DNA of 59,356 nucleotides from a virus. Shown piece by piece: positions 16,294 through 23,377 of this stretch. Position numbers and translations under genes: made by a program. The notes under the pieces were generated by a model. It had not been told where the DNA came from. It worked only from the letters and a program-made list of their open reading frames with translations, and made no database searches. The stretch is taken from the IMG/VR virus record IMGVR_UViG_3300044492_000038. The stretch is one strand, 5' to 3'. Position 1 is the stretch's first letter; every line of letters starts with the position of its first letter.

Positions 16294-16754
16294 GCGGGCA
16301 CCTCCACGAGCACCCAGGCTTGCACCCACTTGCGCCCGTCTTCACCTGGGACGCTCGCGATCTGCGGCAGCGGGTCGAATTGCATGACGCCTTCGCGCAC
16401 TGCGACGGCAAACTTCTGTTCTGCTGCGCGCACGATTGCCATCTCTTGCCGCGTCGATTCCTGTCGACGCTTGCGATCTTCTTCGGCCTGGGCATCGCGT
16501 TGCGCTTGCTCTGCGCGTGCTGCGTCGAGCCATCGACCGTATCGAATCCAATCAATGTTTTGCGTGAGCAACCATGCTTCGGCTTCGAGATCGTCGAAGA
16601 CGACGCTTGTGCCTAGACTACCCTCCCACGGTGCCTGTCTGCCGCTGATGCGGCCTGTGACGCTCACGCGCCCGTTCTCGTACTGGTGCACGTTGACCGA
16701 GTCGAGCAACCGGCTCGCGTTGTTCTTTGCGTCTTTGTTGATGCGAAATTTCAT
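16290..16754 (-). CDS. Hypothetical protein (154 aa)
   Basis: Internal ATG 16754 forms an ATGA overlap. The Arg-rich extension was rejected. Confidence 0.6.
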   Translation of the reverse strand: MKFRINKDAKNNASRLLDSVNVHQYENGRVSVTGRISGRQAPWEGSLGTSVVFDDLEAEAWLLTQNIDWIRYGRWLDAARAEQAQRDAQAEEDRKRRQESTRQEMAIVRAAEQKFAVAVREGVMQFDPLPQIASVPGEDGRKWVQAWVLVEVPA

Positions 16755-17155
16755 GATGCTTCTGTAGGTAGGTTGCTCAATACTTCGTCGTGCATCTCGA
16801 CATCGTCGAAGCTGACTTCGGCGTCGGGCATGTCGATTGCGGCTTCGTCGAGGTCGACGCTCTGCCATGCTTCGATCATCTCGCGCACTGCTTCGCCTTT
16901 CTCGCCTTCTTGCCACCGCTCGGACTTCTCTTCGAAATCATTCTCCCAATTCTGCGCGACATCTTCGGCGAATGCCTTCGCTTCAGTGAGCGCTTCATTG
17001 TAGATGTCTAGTGCCGCTTGCAGTTCGTTGCGTGCGACGGTCATCGCATCATTGAAGGCAACGACAGCGGTGTCGACCGCTTCGCGTTGCTCTTGAATCT
17101 TCACCGCGATTGCGTCGCGCTGTGCGATCTGTTCTTTGCCGAGTTTGAAAAGCAT
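16751..17155 (-). CDS. Highly acidic coiled-coil protein (134 aa)
   Basis: 34 Asp/Glu versus 11 Lys/Arg by my count. The leader GAAAGAAAGACGACA precedes the ATG. Confidence 0.65.
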   Translation of the reverse strand: MLFKLGKEQIAQRDAIAVKIQEQREAVDTAVVAFNDAMTVARNELQAALDIYNEALTEAKAFAEDVAQNWENDFEEKSERWQEGEKGEAVREMIEAWQSVDLDEAAIDMPDAEVSFDDVEMHDEVLSNLPTEAS

Positions 17156-17168
17156 TGTCGTCTTTCTT

Positions 17169-17342
17169 TCAGTTTGTGGATTTGAGTGCCGACACCGGCA
17201 GCGCGATCTCTCCGCGCATTTTGCGGCCTGTCACCGGGCACACTTCTTTGAGTTGCGCATACTTCTCGTTGCCGATCACGCGAAAGCCCAGGATCAAGAA
17301 GGTTCCGACTTTCGCGCCTTTGACTGTTTGTCCGATTTGCAT
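17169..17342 (-). CDS. Hypothetical protein (57 aa)
   Basis: Hand-translated: MQIGQTVKGAKVGTFLILGFRVIGNEKYAQLKEVCPVTGRKMRGEIALPVSALKSTN. Preceded by cassette F. Confidence 0.5.
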   Translation of the reverse strand: MQIGQTVKGAKVGTFLILGFRVIGNEKYAQLKEVCPVTGRKMRGEIALPVSALKSTN

Positions 17343-17369
17343 TTTGTGCCTTTCTGTTGGTGTGTAGAG

Positions 17370-17400
17370 ATTATAGCACCGTTATCGGGTAACGGTGCAA
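17370..17400 (-). promoter_or_regulatory. Type-I cassette F (perfect)
   Basis: -10 at 17370-17375. Arms at 17376-17384 and 17390-17398. TTGCAC at 17395-17400. Confidence 0.7.
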
Positions 17401-17407
17401 ATTCTTT

Positions 17408-17674
17408 TTAGTTGGCGGCGTAAACAGTGCGCTTCGCGTTCCACTTGTCGACGACGGGCTTGCCGTTCTCGTCTTCGTCGATTGCGACGTGAACGACGGT
17501 CTGCAAGACGCGAGCGAAGCGCTTTTCGCCCGTGTTGTTGAAAGCGATCTCGAAGGGGAAACCGTTCTGCGCGCCCCAGGAATCAGCGGCGGCGGTGAAG
17601 AACTCTGCCCAATGCTTGCGGCCAGAGTCGTCGCGCCATTCGATTTGTCCTGCGGGTTTGTTTGCTGCGGTCAT
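17408..17674 (-). CDS. Hypothetical protein (88 aa)
   Basis: Internal ATG 17674 follows ACAGAAAGCAGACC. Preceded by cassette G. Confidence 0.6.
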   Translation of the reverse strand: MTAANKPAGQIEWRDDSGRKHWAEFFTAAADSWGAQNGFPFEIAFNNTGEKRFARVLQTVVHVAIDEDENGKPVVDKWNAKRTVYAAN

Positions 17675-17709
17675 GGTCTGCTTTCTGTTTCCGGGTTGCT
17701 GAAGCCTAG

Positions 17710-17740
17710 AGTATAGCACACCGTTATCGAGTAACGGTGC
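17710..17740 (-). promoter_or_regulatory. Type-I cassette G (TGCTATACT; 8-bp arms CACCGTTA/TAACGGTG)
   Basis: -10 at 17710-17715. Arms at 17719-17726 and 17732-17739. Confidence 0.6.
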
Positions 17741-17751
17741 GCCTTTCTTTT

Positions 17752-18141
17752 TTATTTCGCGATCACTGCGAAGGGTTTGTTCCACTTGCCGACGTTGATG
17801 TCGACGTAGTGTCCGACGTGGAAATAATCGGTCATGCTGTCGGACTTGTCGAAGTTGTCGAGGTTCAACGCTTCGCTGATCTTTTCAAACGTCGCGGTGA
17901 TCTCGGCATCGGTGAAACATTCGTCGATGCGCTTGTGATAGATTTGCGCATACGTCATCGTCTCGGGTTTGCGATACTCACTCGGCACGAGCGCTGCGAT
18001 CAGGTTGACAGGTGCAGCCGAGATCGTCAGAACGATGGTCGAATGATTGTTGACAGCAAGAGAAAATTTCCAGCCTTTGGGCATGACTGCCTTCAGTGCC
18101 GTTGCGATCTTTGCTTTCTTCTGTTGGTCTACGTATGCCAT
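17752..18141 (-). CDS. Hypothetical protein (129 aa)
   Basis: Preceded by type-II cassette H. Confidence 0.65.
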   Translation of the reverse strand: MAYVDQQKKAKIATALKAVMPKGWKFSLAVNNHSTIVLTISAAPVNLIAALVPSEYRKPETMTYAQIYHKRIDECFTDAEITATFEKISEALNLDNFDKSDSMTDYFHVGHYVDINVGKWNKPFAVIAK

Positions 18142-18158
18142 GATTTGCTTTCTAGGTT

Positions 18159-18204
18159 AATTCGTTGCGATGACGAATTATAGCATGGCGTTTCGGCGTA
18201 ACGC
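18159..18204 (-). promoter_or_regulatory. Type-II cassette H
   Basis: Hairpin at 18159-18165 and 18173-18179. -10 at 18177-18182. Same 22-nt core and the GCGTTTCGGCGTAACGC dyad as cassette C. Confidence 0.6.
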
Positions 18205-18206
18205 AA

Positions 18207-18692
18207 CTACGGGCGAAAGAATTCTCCGAATATTTCGCGGGCCGCTTTGTCATAGGCCGCTTTCGCTTCTTCAATTGTGGCGAAGTGACCGAGATGTCGA
18301 TTGTGAATGCGCGCTTTCCACGGCTTGTCGAGTCGCTGCGAATGACTAACGCCTTTTGCGCCTGATGGGTTGTCTGCGTGCACAGAGGCATTGCCGTTGT
18401 TCATCGACTGGTTTGCGAGACGCAAATTATTCCAGCGATTATTTACTTCGTCATGATCTCTATGGTCAACGCCTGTTGTCGGCCATTCGCCGGTCATGTA
18501 GAGCCATGCCAAGCGGTGCGCGAGATGCTTGCTCCCATCGACGTTGACGTACACATAGCCAGCACCGTTAATGCTTCCGGCGACTTCACCGGCCCGACCT
18601 CCCCTAGCGTTGCTGACGGTGATGCGTCGAGTAAAAAGCCCGGTGTCGGGCTCGTAGATCAGGAGTTCGCGCAGGCGTTCGACGGTCAGCAT
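18207..18692 (-). CDS. HNH homing endonuclease with AP2-type DNA-binding domain
   Basis: 161 aa with HRLAWLYMTGEWP..VDHRDHD..NNRWNNLR (the HNH part) and GVSHSQRLDKPWKARI...LGHFATIEEAKAAYDKAA (the AP2 part). Confidence 0.85.
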   Translation of the reverse strand: MLTVERLRELLIYEPDTGLFTRRITVSNARGGRAGEVAGSINGAGYVYVNVDGSKHLAHRLAWLYMTGEWPTTGVDHRDHDEVNNRWNNLRLANQSMNNGNASVHADNPSGAKGVSHSQRLDKPWKARIHNRHLGHFATIEEAKAAYDKAAREIFGEFFRP

Positions 18693-18940
18693 CAGATCAC
18701 GTATTTATTGCGGATCAGGAATGCTAACAGATCGGCCTGCGTGCCTTCGCGGGTCTTTCCCTTATAGAGCGGGTGACAGTTTACATAGTAGACCGTCTTG
18801 CCTTCTCTGCATAGCTCGCCGATCAGCGGCAGTGCCTTCGCTTCGAGCCGCTCGATCTTGTCGACGGTCTTGTCGTCGCGATTCATGCGCGTGATGTGCT
18901 TGCGTTCCATGATCTCGTCCCAGGATTTGCGTGCTGTCAT
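18692..18940 (-). CDS. Hypothetical protein (82 aa)
   Basis: Internal ATG 18940 follows CAACAGAAAGCAGAGA. Confidence 0.55.
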   Translation of the reverse strand: MTARKSWDEIMERKHITRMNRDDKTVDKIERLEAKALPLIGELCREGKTVYYVNCHPLYKGKTREGTQADLLAFLIRNKYVI

Positions 18941-18960
18941 TCTCTGCTTTCTGTTGGTGT

Positions 18961-18985
18961 GCACCGAGTATAGCATACTCGGTGC
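18961..18985 (-). promoter_or_regulatory. Perfect 25-nt palindrome (10-bp arms) enclosing TGCTATACT
   Basis: gcaccgagta-tagca-tactcggtgc. The -10 lies at 18967-18972. Confidence 0.6.
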
Positions 18986-18993
18986 CGTTAATC

Positions 18994-19290
18994 TTACAGG
19001 CTCGTGAACAATCCCGTGTGTTGTTCGAAGACAGCGCGCAGTTTGTCGGCATAGACGCCGGACTCGCTTGACACTTGCTTGATGTTCACGCCCATGTTCG
19101 TGCGCTTGTTGAACATCACCGTGTAAGTGTCGGTGGCGTCGAGGCGCACGACGACAGAGTTGATCTTGCGGTTCGGCAGTTGGAAGTGAAGAGCGTTCTC
19201 GGTGCCGACGAAGTTCTTCGCGCCGGTCATGGCGATGAAGCGATTGCCGCCGAGTTGCTGAAGGATGGTGTTTGCGACTGCGTTGTTCAT
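18994..19290 (-). CDS. Hypothetical protein (98 aa)
   Basis: Preceded by cassette J. The N-terminus reads ANTILQQLGGNRFIAMTGAKNF. Confidence 0.65.
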   Translation of the reverse strand: MNNAVANTILQQLGGNRFIAMTGAKNFVGTENALHFQLPNRKINSVVVRLDATDTYTVMFNKRTNMGVNIKQVSSESGVYADKLRAVFEQHTGLFTSL

Positions 19291-19316
19291 TTCTGTCTTT
19301 CGGTTGGTGTGAATGA

Positions 19317-19342
19317 ATTATAGCAGCGTTATCGCGTAACGC
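19317..19342 (-). promoter_or_regulatory. Type-I cassette J (GCGTTA-N5-TAACGC + TGCTATAAT), overlapping the upstream stop codon
   Basis: -10 at 19317-19322. Arms at 19326-19331 and 19337-19342. Confidence 0.6.
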
Positions 19343-19529
19343 AAGCACCTGATGCAAAATTCTTTTTTGCAGCCCGTGCGCGGGATTGCTTGGCGCGCAG
19401 CGCTGCCCAATAGGCGACGACGACGCGAGCGCGGGCGAGTTGGTGCGGTTCGAACTTGTCGGCGCGTGCGACCATGTCAGCGGCGGTGCCGAGAGTCATC
19501 GTGAGCGAGTTTTTGCTGATCTTGTTCAT
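19329..19529 (-). CDS. Hypothetical protein (66 aa)
   Basis: Preceded by TGCTATACT at 19556-19564. Confidence 0.55.
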   Translation of the reverse strand: MNKISKNSLTMTLGTAADMVARADKFEPHQLARARVVVAYWAALRAKQSRARAAKKNFASGACVTR

Positions 19530-19555
19530 TTCTGTCTTTCTGTTGGTGTGCCGCT

Positions 19556-19564
19556 AGTATAGCA
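19556..19564 (-). promoter_or_regulatory. Extended -10 TGCTATACT
   Basis: Read on the minus strand, immediately after the terminator hairpin. Confidence 0.5.
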
Positions 19565-19565
19565 C

Positions 19566-19602
19566 AGATAAAAAGAAGAAGAGCAAGTGCCCTTCTTCTT
19601 TT
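19566..19602 (-). terminator. Rho-independent terminator after the 188-aa gene
   Basis: Minus strand reads AAGAAGAAG-GGCACTTGCT-CTTCTTCTT followed by TTTAT. The stem is 9-11 bp. Confidence 0.7.
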
Positions 19603-19604
19603 AT

Positions 19605-20171
19605 TCATACAGCCTTCGGGCGGTTGATGATGGTTTGTGCGACACCGTTATACGCACCGTGTTCTTTCACAGTGGCTTTCACCGTGACGGTTGCGCCTTG
19701 TTCGCCGAGTTCCTTGCTGCCCTTGTAGACAAATGCGTTGCCGTTCGCATCGGTCATGATGTGGATGTAGGTCATGCCATACATGCCGTCTAGTTCCATC
19801 AATTTGTTGATCGTGAGCGTGAACTCTTCGCGCTGTCCGACGGTCGACACGTGATGTCCAGAGCTTGCCGGTGCGTTGCGTGCGTCGATCTTCGCCTGTG
19901 CCTTTGCGCGGGCCTTCTCAAGCATGCCGCGTGCTGCGTTCAATTGAGCCGGTGACAGTGAGCCACGGTCTTCGAACGAGTTGTGCAAGGACTTCGCGAA
20001 CTCGGACCAACTAGAGGCGCTATAGAGGCAGTCGATCACGTCCTGTGCGTCGGTGTTCTCGCGAAAGAACTTGGCGCGGGCGGCTTCTTTGATGCGACGC
20101 TTGATGGCGGCTTCGTAGGCTGCTTCGTCTTCGATGACGCGAACTCGGGTGAAGGTGTGATTGCTGTTCAT
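19605..20171 (-). CDS. Hypothetical protein (188 aa), first gene of the leftward block
   Basis: Preceded by TGCTACAAT at 20206-20214. Confidence 0.65.
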   Translation of the reverse strand: MNSNHTFTRVRVIEDEAAYEAAIKRRIKEAARAKFFRENTDAQDVIDCLYSASSWSEFAKSLHNSFEDRGSLSPAQLNAARGMLEKARAKAQAKIDARNAPASSGHHVSTVGQREEFTLTINKLMELDGMYGMTYIHIMTDANGNAFVYKGSKELGEQGATVTVKATVKEHGAYNGVAQTIINRPKAV

Positions 20172-20205
20172 GGTGTGCTTTCTGTTGTGGGTTGCTGATG
20201 TCGCA

Positions 20206-20214
20206 ATTGTAGCA
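20206..20214 (-). promoter_or_regulatory. Extended -10 TGCTACAAT heading the leftward early block
   Basis: GTGACC lies 18 nt upstream and serves as a weak -35. Confidence 0.5.
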
Positions 20215-20377
20215 CGAGAAATTAAGCCGGGTCACGCGTAACGAGACATATCCTGAGCTTTTTAATCGGGTATTTGACGAGAATCGTTCGATGTGGCAGG
20301 AATTTGTCTTGTGTTCGCCTGGGACATGGCGTAATGTCTCGTGGCTTCGTGCTGTATCAACTCAACTAGGAACAAAC

Positions 20378-20905
20378 ATGCTGAAGATTGCGCTCGCCCT
20401 TATCACTGCAACTCTGATGACGGCGGCGCTAGCCGCGAACGTGCACTTCAAACAGAACCGAAACCCGACGCTCATTGACAACGGCTTATCCCTCACGGCA
20501 GCGGGCTCGCTCGCGGGCCTGGGCGAAGGTGACATCGCCGTCACGCTCTCTGCATCGGGCACGATCACCGCGACATGCACGAACCCTAGCGGGCAGAATC
20601 AGCCGCCCGGTCAAGTCCCGCAACCCGTGACGCTGTCGGGCTCGGTGGCAATTCCAGACGAGCAATTCAAGAATGGCAACGTCGGCTTCAGCGTGACGAC
20701 GACACCGCCCGATGCAGTCATTGCCGGTGCGCCCGACTGTCCAAATTCGCATTGGACCGAGCGCATCACCGACATCAAATTCACGTCGATGACACTCACG
20801 GTGCAACAAGGCGGCGTCACTGTTCTCTCGACAACTTGCACCACTTCTGCGCCGACGCAGAACGGTCCCGTGTCGCCGAGTCTCGTCTCTTGCACACCTA
20901 CCTGA
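20378..20905 (+). CDS. Secreted protein with Sec-type signal peptide (175 aa, 4 Cys)
   Basis: Internal ATG gives MLKIALALITATLMTAALA/ANV. The mature part is Thr/Ser/Gly-rich. Confidence 0.6.
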   Translation: MLKIALALITATLMTAALAANVHFKQNRNPTLIDNGLSLTAAGSLAGLGEGDIAVTLSASGTITATCTNPSGQNQPPGQVPQPVTLSGSVAIPDEQFKNGNVGFSVTTTPPDAVIAGAPDCPNSHWTERITDIKFTSMTLTVQQGGVTVLSTTCTTSAPTQNGPVSPSLVSCTPT

Positions 20906-21188
20906 TGAAATGTGCAGCGTCTCACTCGCAGTGGCAAGGCAACCTTCGCCGAAGGTCGCTGTGCTATTGCGTGCGAAGTCGCTGCCCGCACGCGCAGATC
21001 AATTGCGGTGTCGTCGATGCGGCTCGCAAACTTATGCGCGTGTGGTCAATGGTGCCGTGCAAGGTCGACGCGGTCCCACTGGCGGCACGGTTGTGTATGC
21101 ATGCATCTGTTATGACTGCTTGATGAGTGGGATCACTGTGCCGATGATTTGGGACGTACAATCAATCACACCCGAAGGGAATTGACGT

Positions 21189-22001
21189 ATGTTCTTGACT
21201 CGCAATGTCTTGATGAAGTATCGCTACCCTGATCCTGAAGGCGGTGGCGGCGGCGGTTCTCCCCCTCCCCCTCCTGCTCCCCCTGCTCCCCCTGCTCCCC
21301 CTCAGATACCCGAGAACCTGAAGCCCATCGTGCAAGGCATGATCGAGGCCGCAGTCAGTGAGCAAGTCGCCGGACTGAAGGCGAAGAACGGCGAGTTGAT
21401 CGGCAAAGAGAAAGAACTCAAGGCCAATCTCGCGCAGTTCGACGGCATCGACCCTGAAGCTGTTCGCACCATTCTCAAACGCTTCGTGGATGATGAAGAA
21501 GCGACGCTAATCAAACAGGGCAAGCTCGATGAAGTGTTGAACAAACGCACCGAGCGCATGGCGGCGGATTGGGATAAGAAGGTCAAGGCTGAAACTGCAC
21601 GCGCCGACAAGCTGAAAGCAAAAGCCGACAAGCTCGCAGAACGTGCGATGGCTGAATCAATCATCAAGGCATCGCAGAAGGCAGGCGCACTGCCTGAAGC
21701 AACAGAAGACATCGTGCTTCGCGCTAAGGGCGCGGGCTGGACTATCGACGACGACGGCAATGTTATCGCCATGAGCGGCGACACAATTGTCTTCGGCAAA
21801 GACGGCAAGACGCCCCTCACGCCCGAAGAGTGGGCGGCATCTCTGCGCGAGAACGCTCCCCATCTCTGGCCGAGGGCACAGGGTTCCGGTGCAACAGGCA
21901 CCAACGGTAACGCTAAGGGCGGTGCTGATCTTTCCAAACTCCCGCCCGAAGCACGCATCACACAGTTCCGCGCCCAACAAGCGCACGGTGCTGCACGCTA
22001 A
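21189..22001 (+). CDS. Capsid scaffolding protein
   Basis: 270 aa with a Gly/Pro-rich N-terminus and a charged coiled-coil centre. It lies directly upstream of the major capsid gene. Confidence 0.7.
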   Translation: MFLTRNVLMKYRYPDPEGGGGGGSPPPPPAPPAPPAPPQIPENLKPIVQGMIEAAVSEQVAGLKAKNGELIGKEKELKANLAQFDGIDPEAVRTILKRFVDDEEATLIKQGKLDEVLNKRTERMAADWDKKVKAETARADKLKAKADKLAERAMAESIIKASQKAGALPEATEDIVLRAKGAGWTIDDDGNVIAMSGDTIVFGKDGKTPLTPEEWAASLRENAPHLWPRAQGSGATGTNGNAKGGADLSKLPPEARITQFRAQQAHGAAR

Positions 22002-22028
22002 AGGGTGAACATCCTTTAAGGTGAAACA

Positions 22029-22955
22029 ATGGCACTGACCCTCGTCGAAGCCGCCAAGCTGAACTCTGGCGACATCGTGCGTTCGGCTGTCATCGAAATG
22101 TTTGCGCAGGAATCAGATATTCTGCAAGTCCTGCCGTTCGAAGACATCGCTGGCAACGCACTCAAGTACAACCGCGAAGGCTCACTACCGGGCATCAGCT
22201 TCCGGGGTGTGAACGAAGCATTTCCGGAATCGTCCGGCGTGCTCAATCCGCAAACTGAATCGCTCGTCATCGCGGGCGGCGATTTGGATGTGGACCGCTT
22301 CATCATCCAGACGCAAGGCGCAGGCGTGCGCGCAACTCACGAGCGCATGAAAGTGAAATCGCTCGCGGCGGGCTGGACGCAAAAATTCATCAAGGGTGAT
22401 TCATCCACGAACCCGCGTGAATTCGACGGCTTGCAGAAGCGTCTCGTGAACGCGCAAGTCATTTCAGCGGGCGCGACTGCGGGCGGCGCAGCGTTATCGC
22501 TCGGTGTGATCGACGACGCAACCGACACCGTCGATAACCCGACGCACTATCTGATGTCGAAGGGTCTGCGCCGGAAGTTCACCGCAGCGGCGCGCACGAC
22601 GGCTGTCGCGGGCTTCGTGACGTACACCGCCGATGCATTCGGGCGGCGCATCACGAACTACAACGATCTTCCGATTCTCGTTGCATACGGCGCGAATGGC
22701 GGCGACGACATCCTGCCCTATGACGAAGCGGCAGCAAGCGGCGCAGCAACAGCAACGTCGATGTATATCTTGAGCATCGGCTCGGGTCGCGTGTCGGGCA
22801 TTCAGAATGGCCCGATGGATGTGCGCGATCTCGGCGAGTTGCAAGCCGCGCCAGTGTTCCGCACTCGCGTCGAATGGTACAACGGCATCGTCATCGAACA
22901 TGGTCGCGCAGCCGCTCGCATTCGTCACATCGGCAACCTCGCTATCGTTGCATAA
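22029..22955 (+). CDS. Major capsid protein
   Basis: 308 aa. Supported by position after the scaffold and an N-terminal LTLVEAAKL..GD..RSAVIEMFAQESDILQVLPFEDI pattern seen in capsid families. Confidence 0.8.
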   Translation: MALTLVEAAKLNSGDIVRSAVIEMFAQESDILQVLPFEDIAGNALKYNREGSLPGISFRGVNEAFPESSGVLNPQTESLVIAGGDLDVDRFIIQTQGAGVRATHERMKVKSLAAGWTQKFIKGDSSTNPREFDGLQKRLVNAQVISAGATAGGAALSLGVIDDATDTVDNPTHYLMSKGLRRKFTAAARTTAVAGFVTYTADAFGRRITNYNDLPILVAYGANGGDDILPYDEAAASGAATATSMYILSIGSGRVSGIQNGPMDVRDLGELQAAPVFRTRVEWYNGIVIEHGRAAARIRHIGNLAIVA

Positions 22956-22986
22956 ACGATAGCTACAAGCACAAAGGAAATGTGAC

Positions 22987-23367
22987 ATGGCTTCTCGCAC
23001 CTATGACAATTTACTGCTCTTGAAAGACGCAGCCGTCGTGACAGTCGACGCTGCTGCTCAAGTTGGCGGTTCTGCTCGCGTCGTCGACGTTGGCGACGCG
23101 CACATGGACGGTGTTGCCGTCATCGACACAAGCGCAATCGACACCTCTGGCGGCAACACGTACACCGTGCGCATCCAAGGGTCGCTGACGATTGGCTTCG
23201 GCACGCCGGTTGAACTCGCGGCTCGTGCCATCACCGCCACGGGTCGCACTGAAATCCCGTTCAACAACGACATCGGCGGCACCTACTATCGCTACATTCG
23301 TGCGTTCAACGACACGAGCGGCGCGACACCGTCGATCAACAGCACGATCTTCATCGGCAAGCCGTAA
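22987..23367 (+). CDS. Putative capsid decoration/cement protein
   Basis: 126 aa, beta-rich, immediately after the capsid gene. Confidence 0.5.
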   Translation: MASRTYDNLLLLKDAAVVTVDAAAQVGGSARVVDVGDAHMDGVAVIDTSAIDTSGGNTYTVRIQGSLTIGFGTPVELAARAITATGRTEIPFNNDIGGTYYRYIRAFNDTSGATPSINSTIFIGKP

Positions 23368-23377
23368 GGGGAAACAC

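Noticed and set aside
13648-17740. The hairpin promoters could be N4-type single-stranded hairpin promoters for a virion RNA polymerase.
   Set aside because: No giant vRNAP-like or T7-like RNA polymerase gene is present. Each hairpin abuts a good sigma70 extended -10, so host RNAP is the simpler explanation.
13624-20260. The recurring palindromic repeats could be a CRISPR array.
   Set aside because: The repeats are separated by irregular 130-650-bp units that are clearly coding, each with a leader and an ATG right after the repeat. Each repeat contains a -10 box. No cas genes are present.
20906-21188. A tRNA or small RNA gene might lie in the non-coding gaps (also 6285-6559 and 54493-54625).
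   Set aside because: I could find no cloverleaf and no GTTCGAATC-like T-loop. Only simple dyads are visible. A structured ncRNA cannot be excluded, but it is unsupported.
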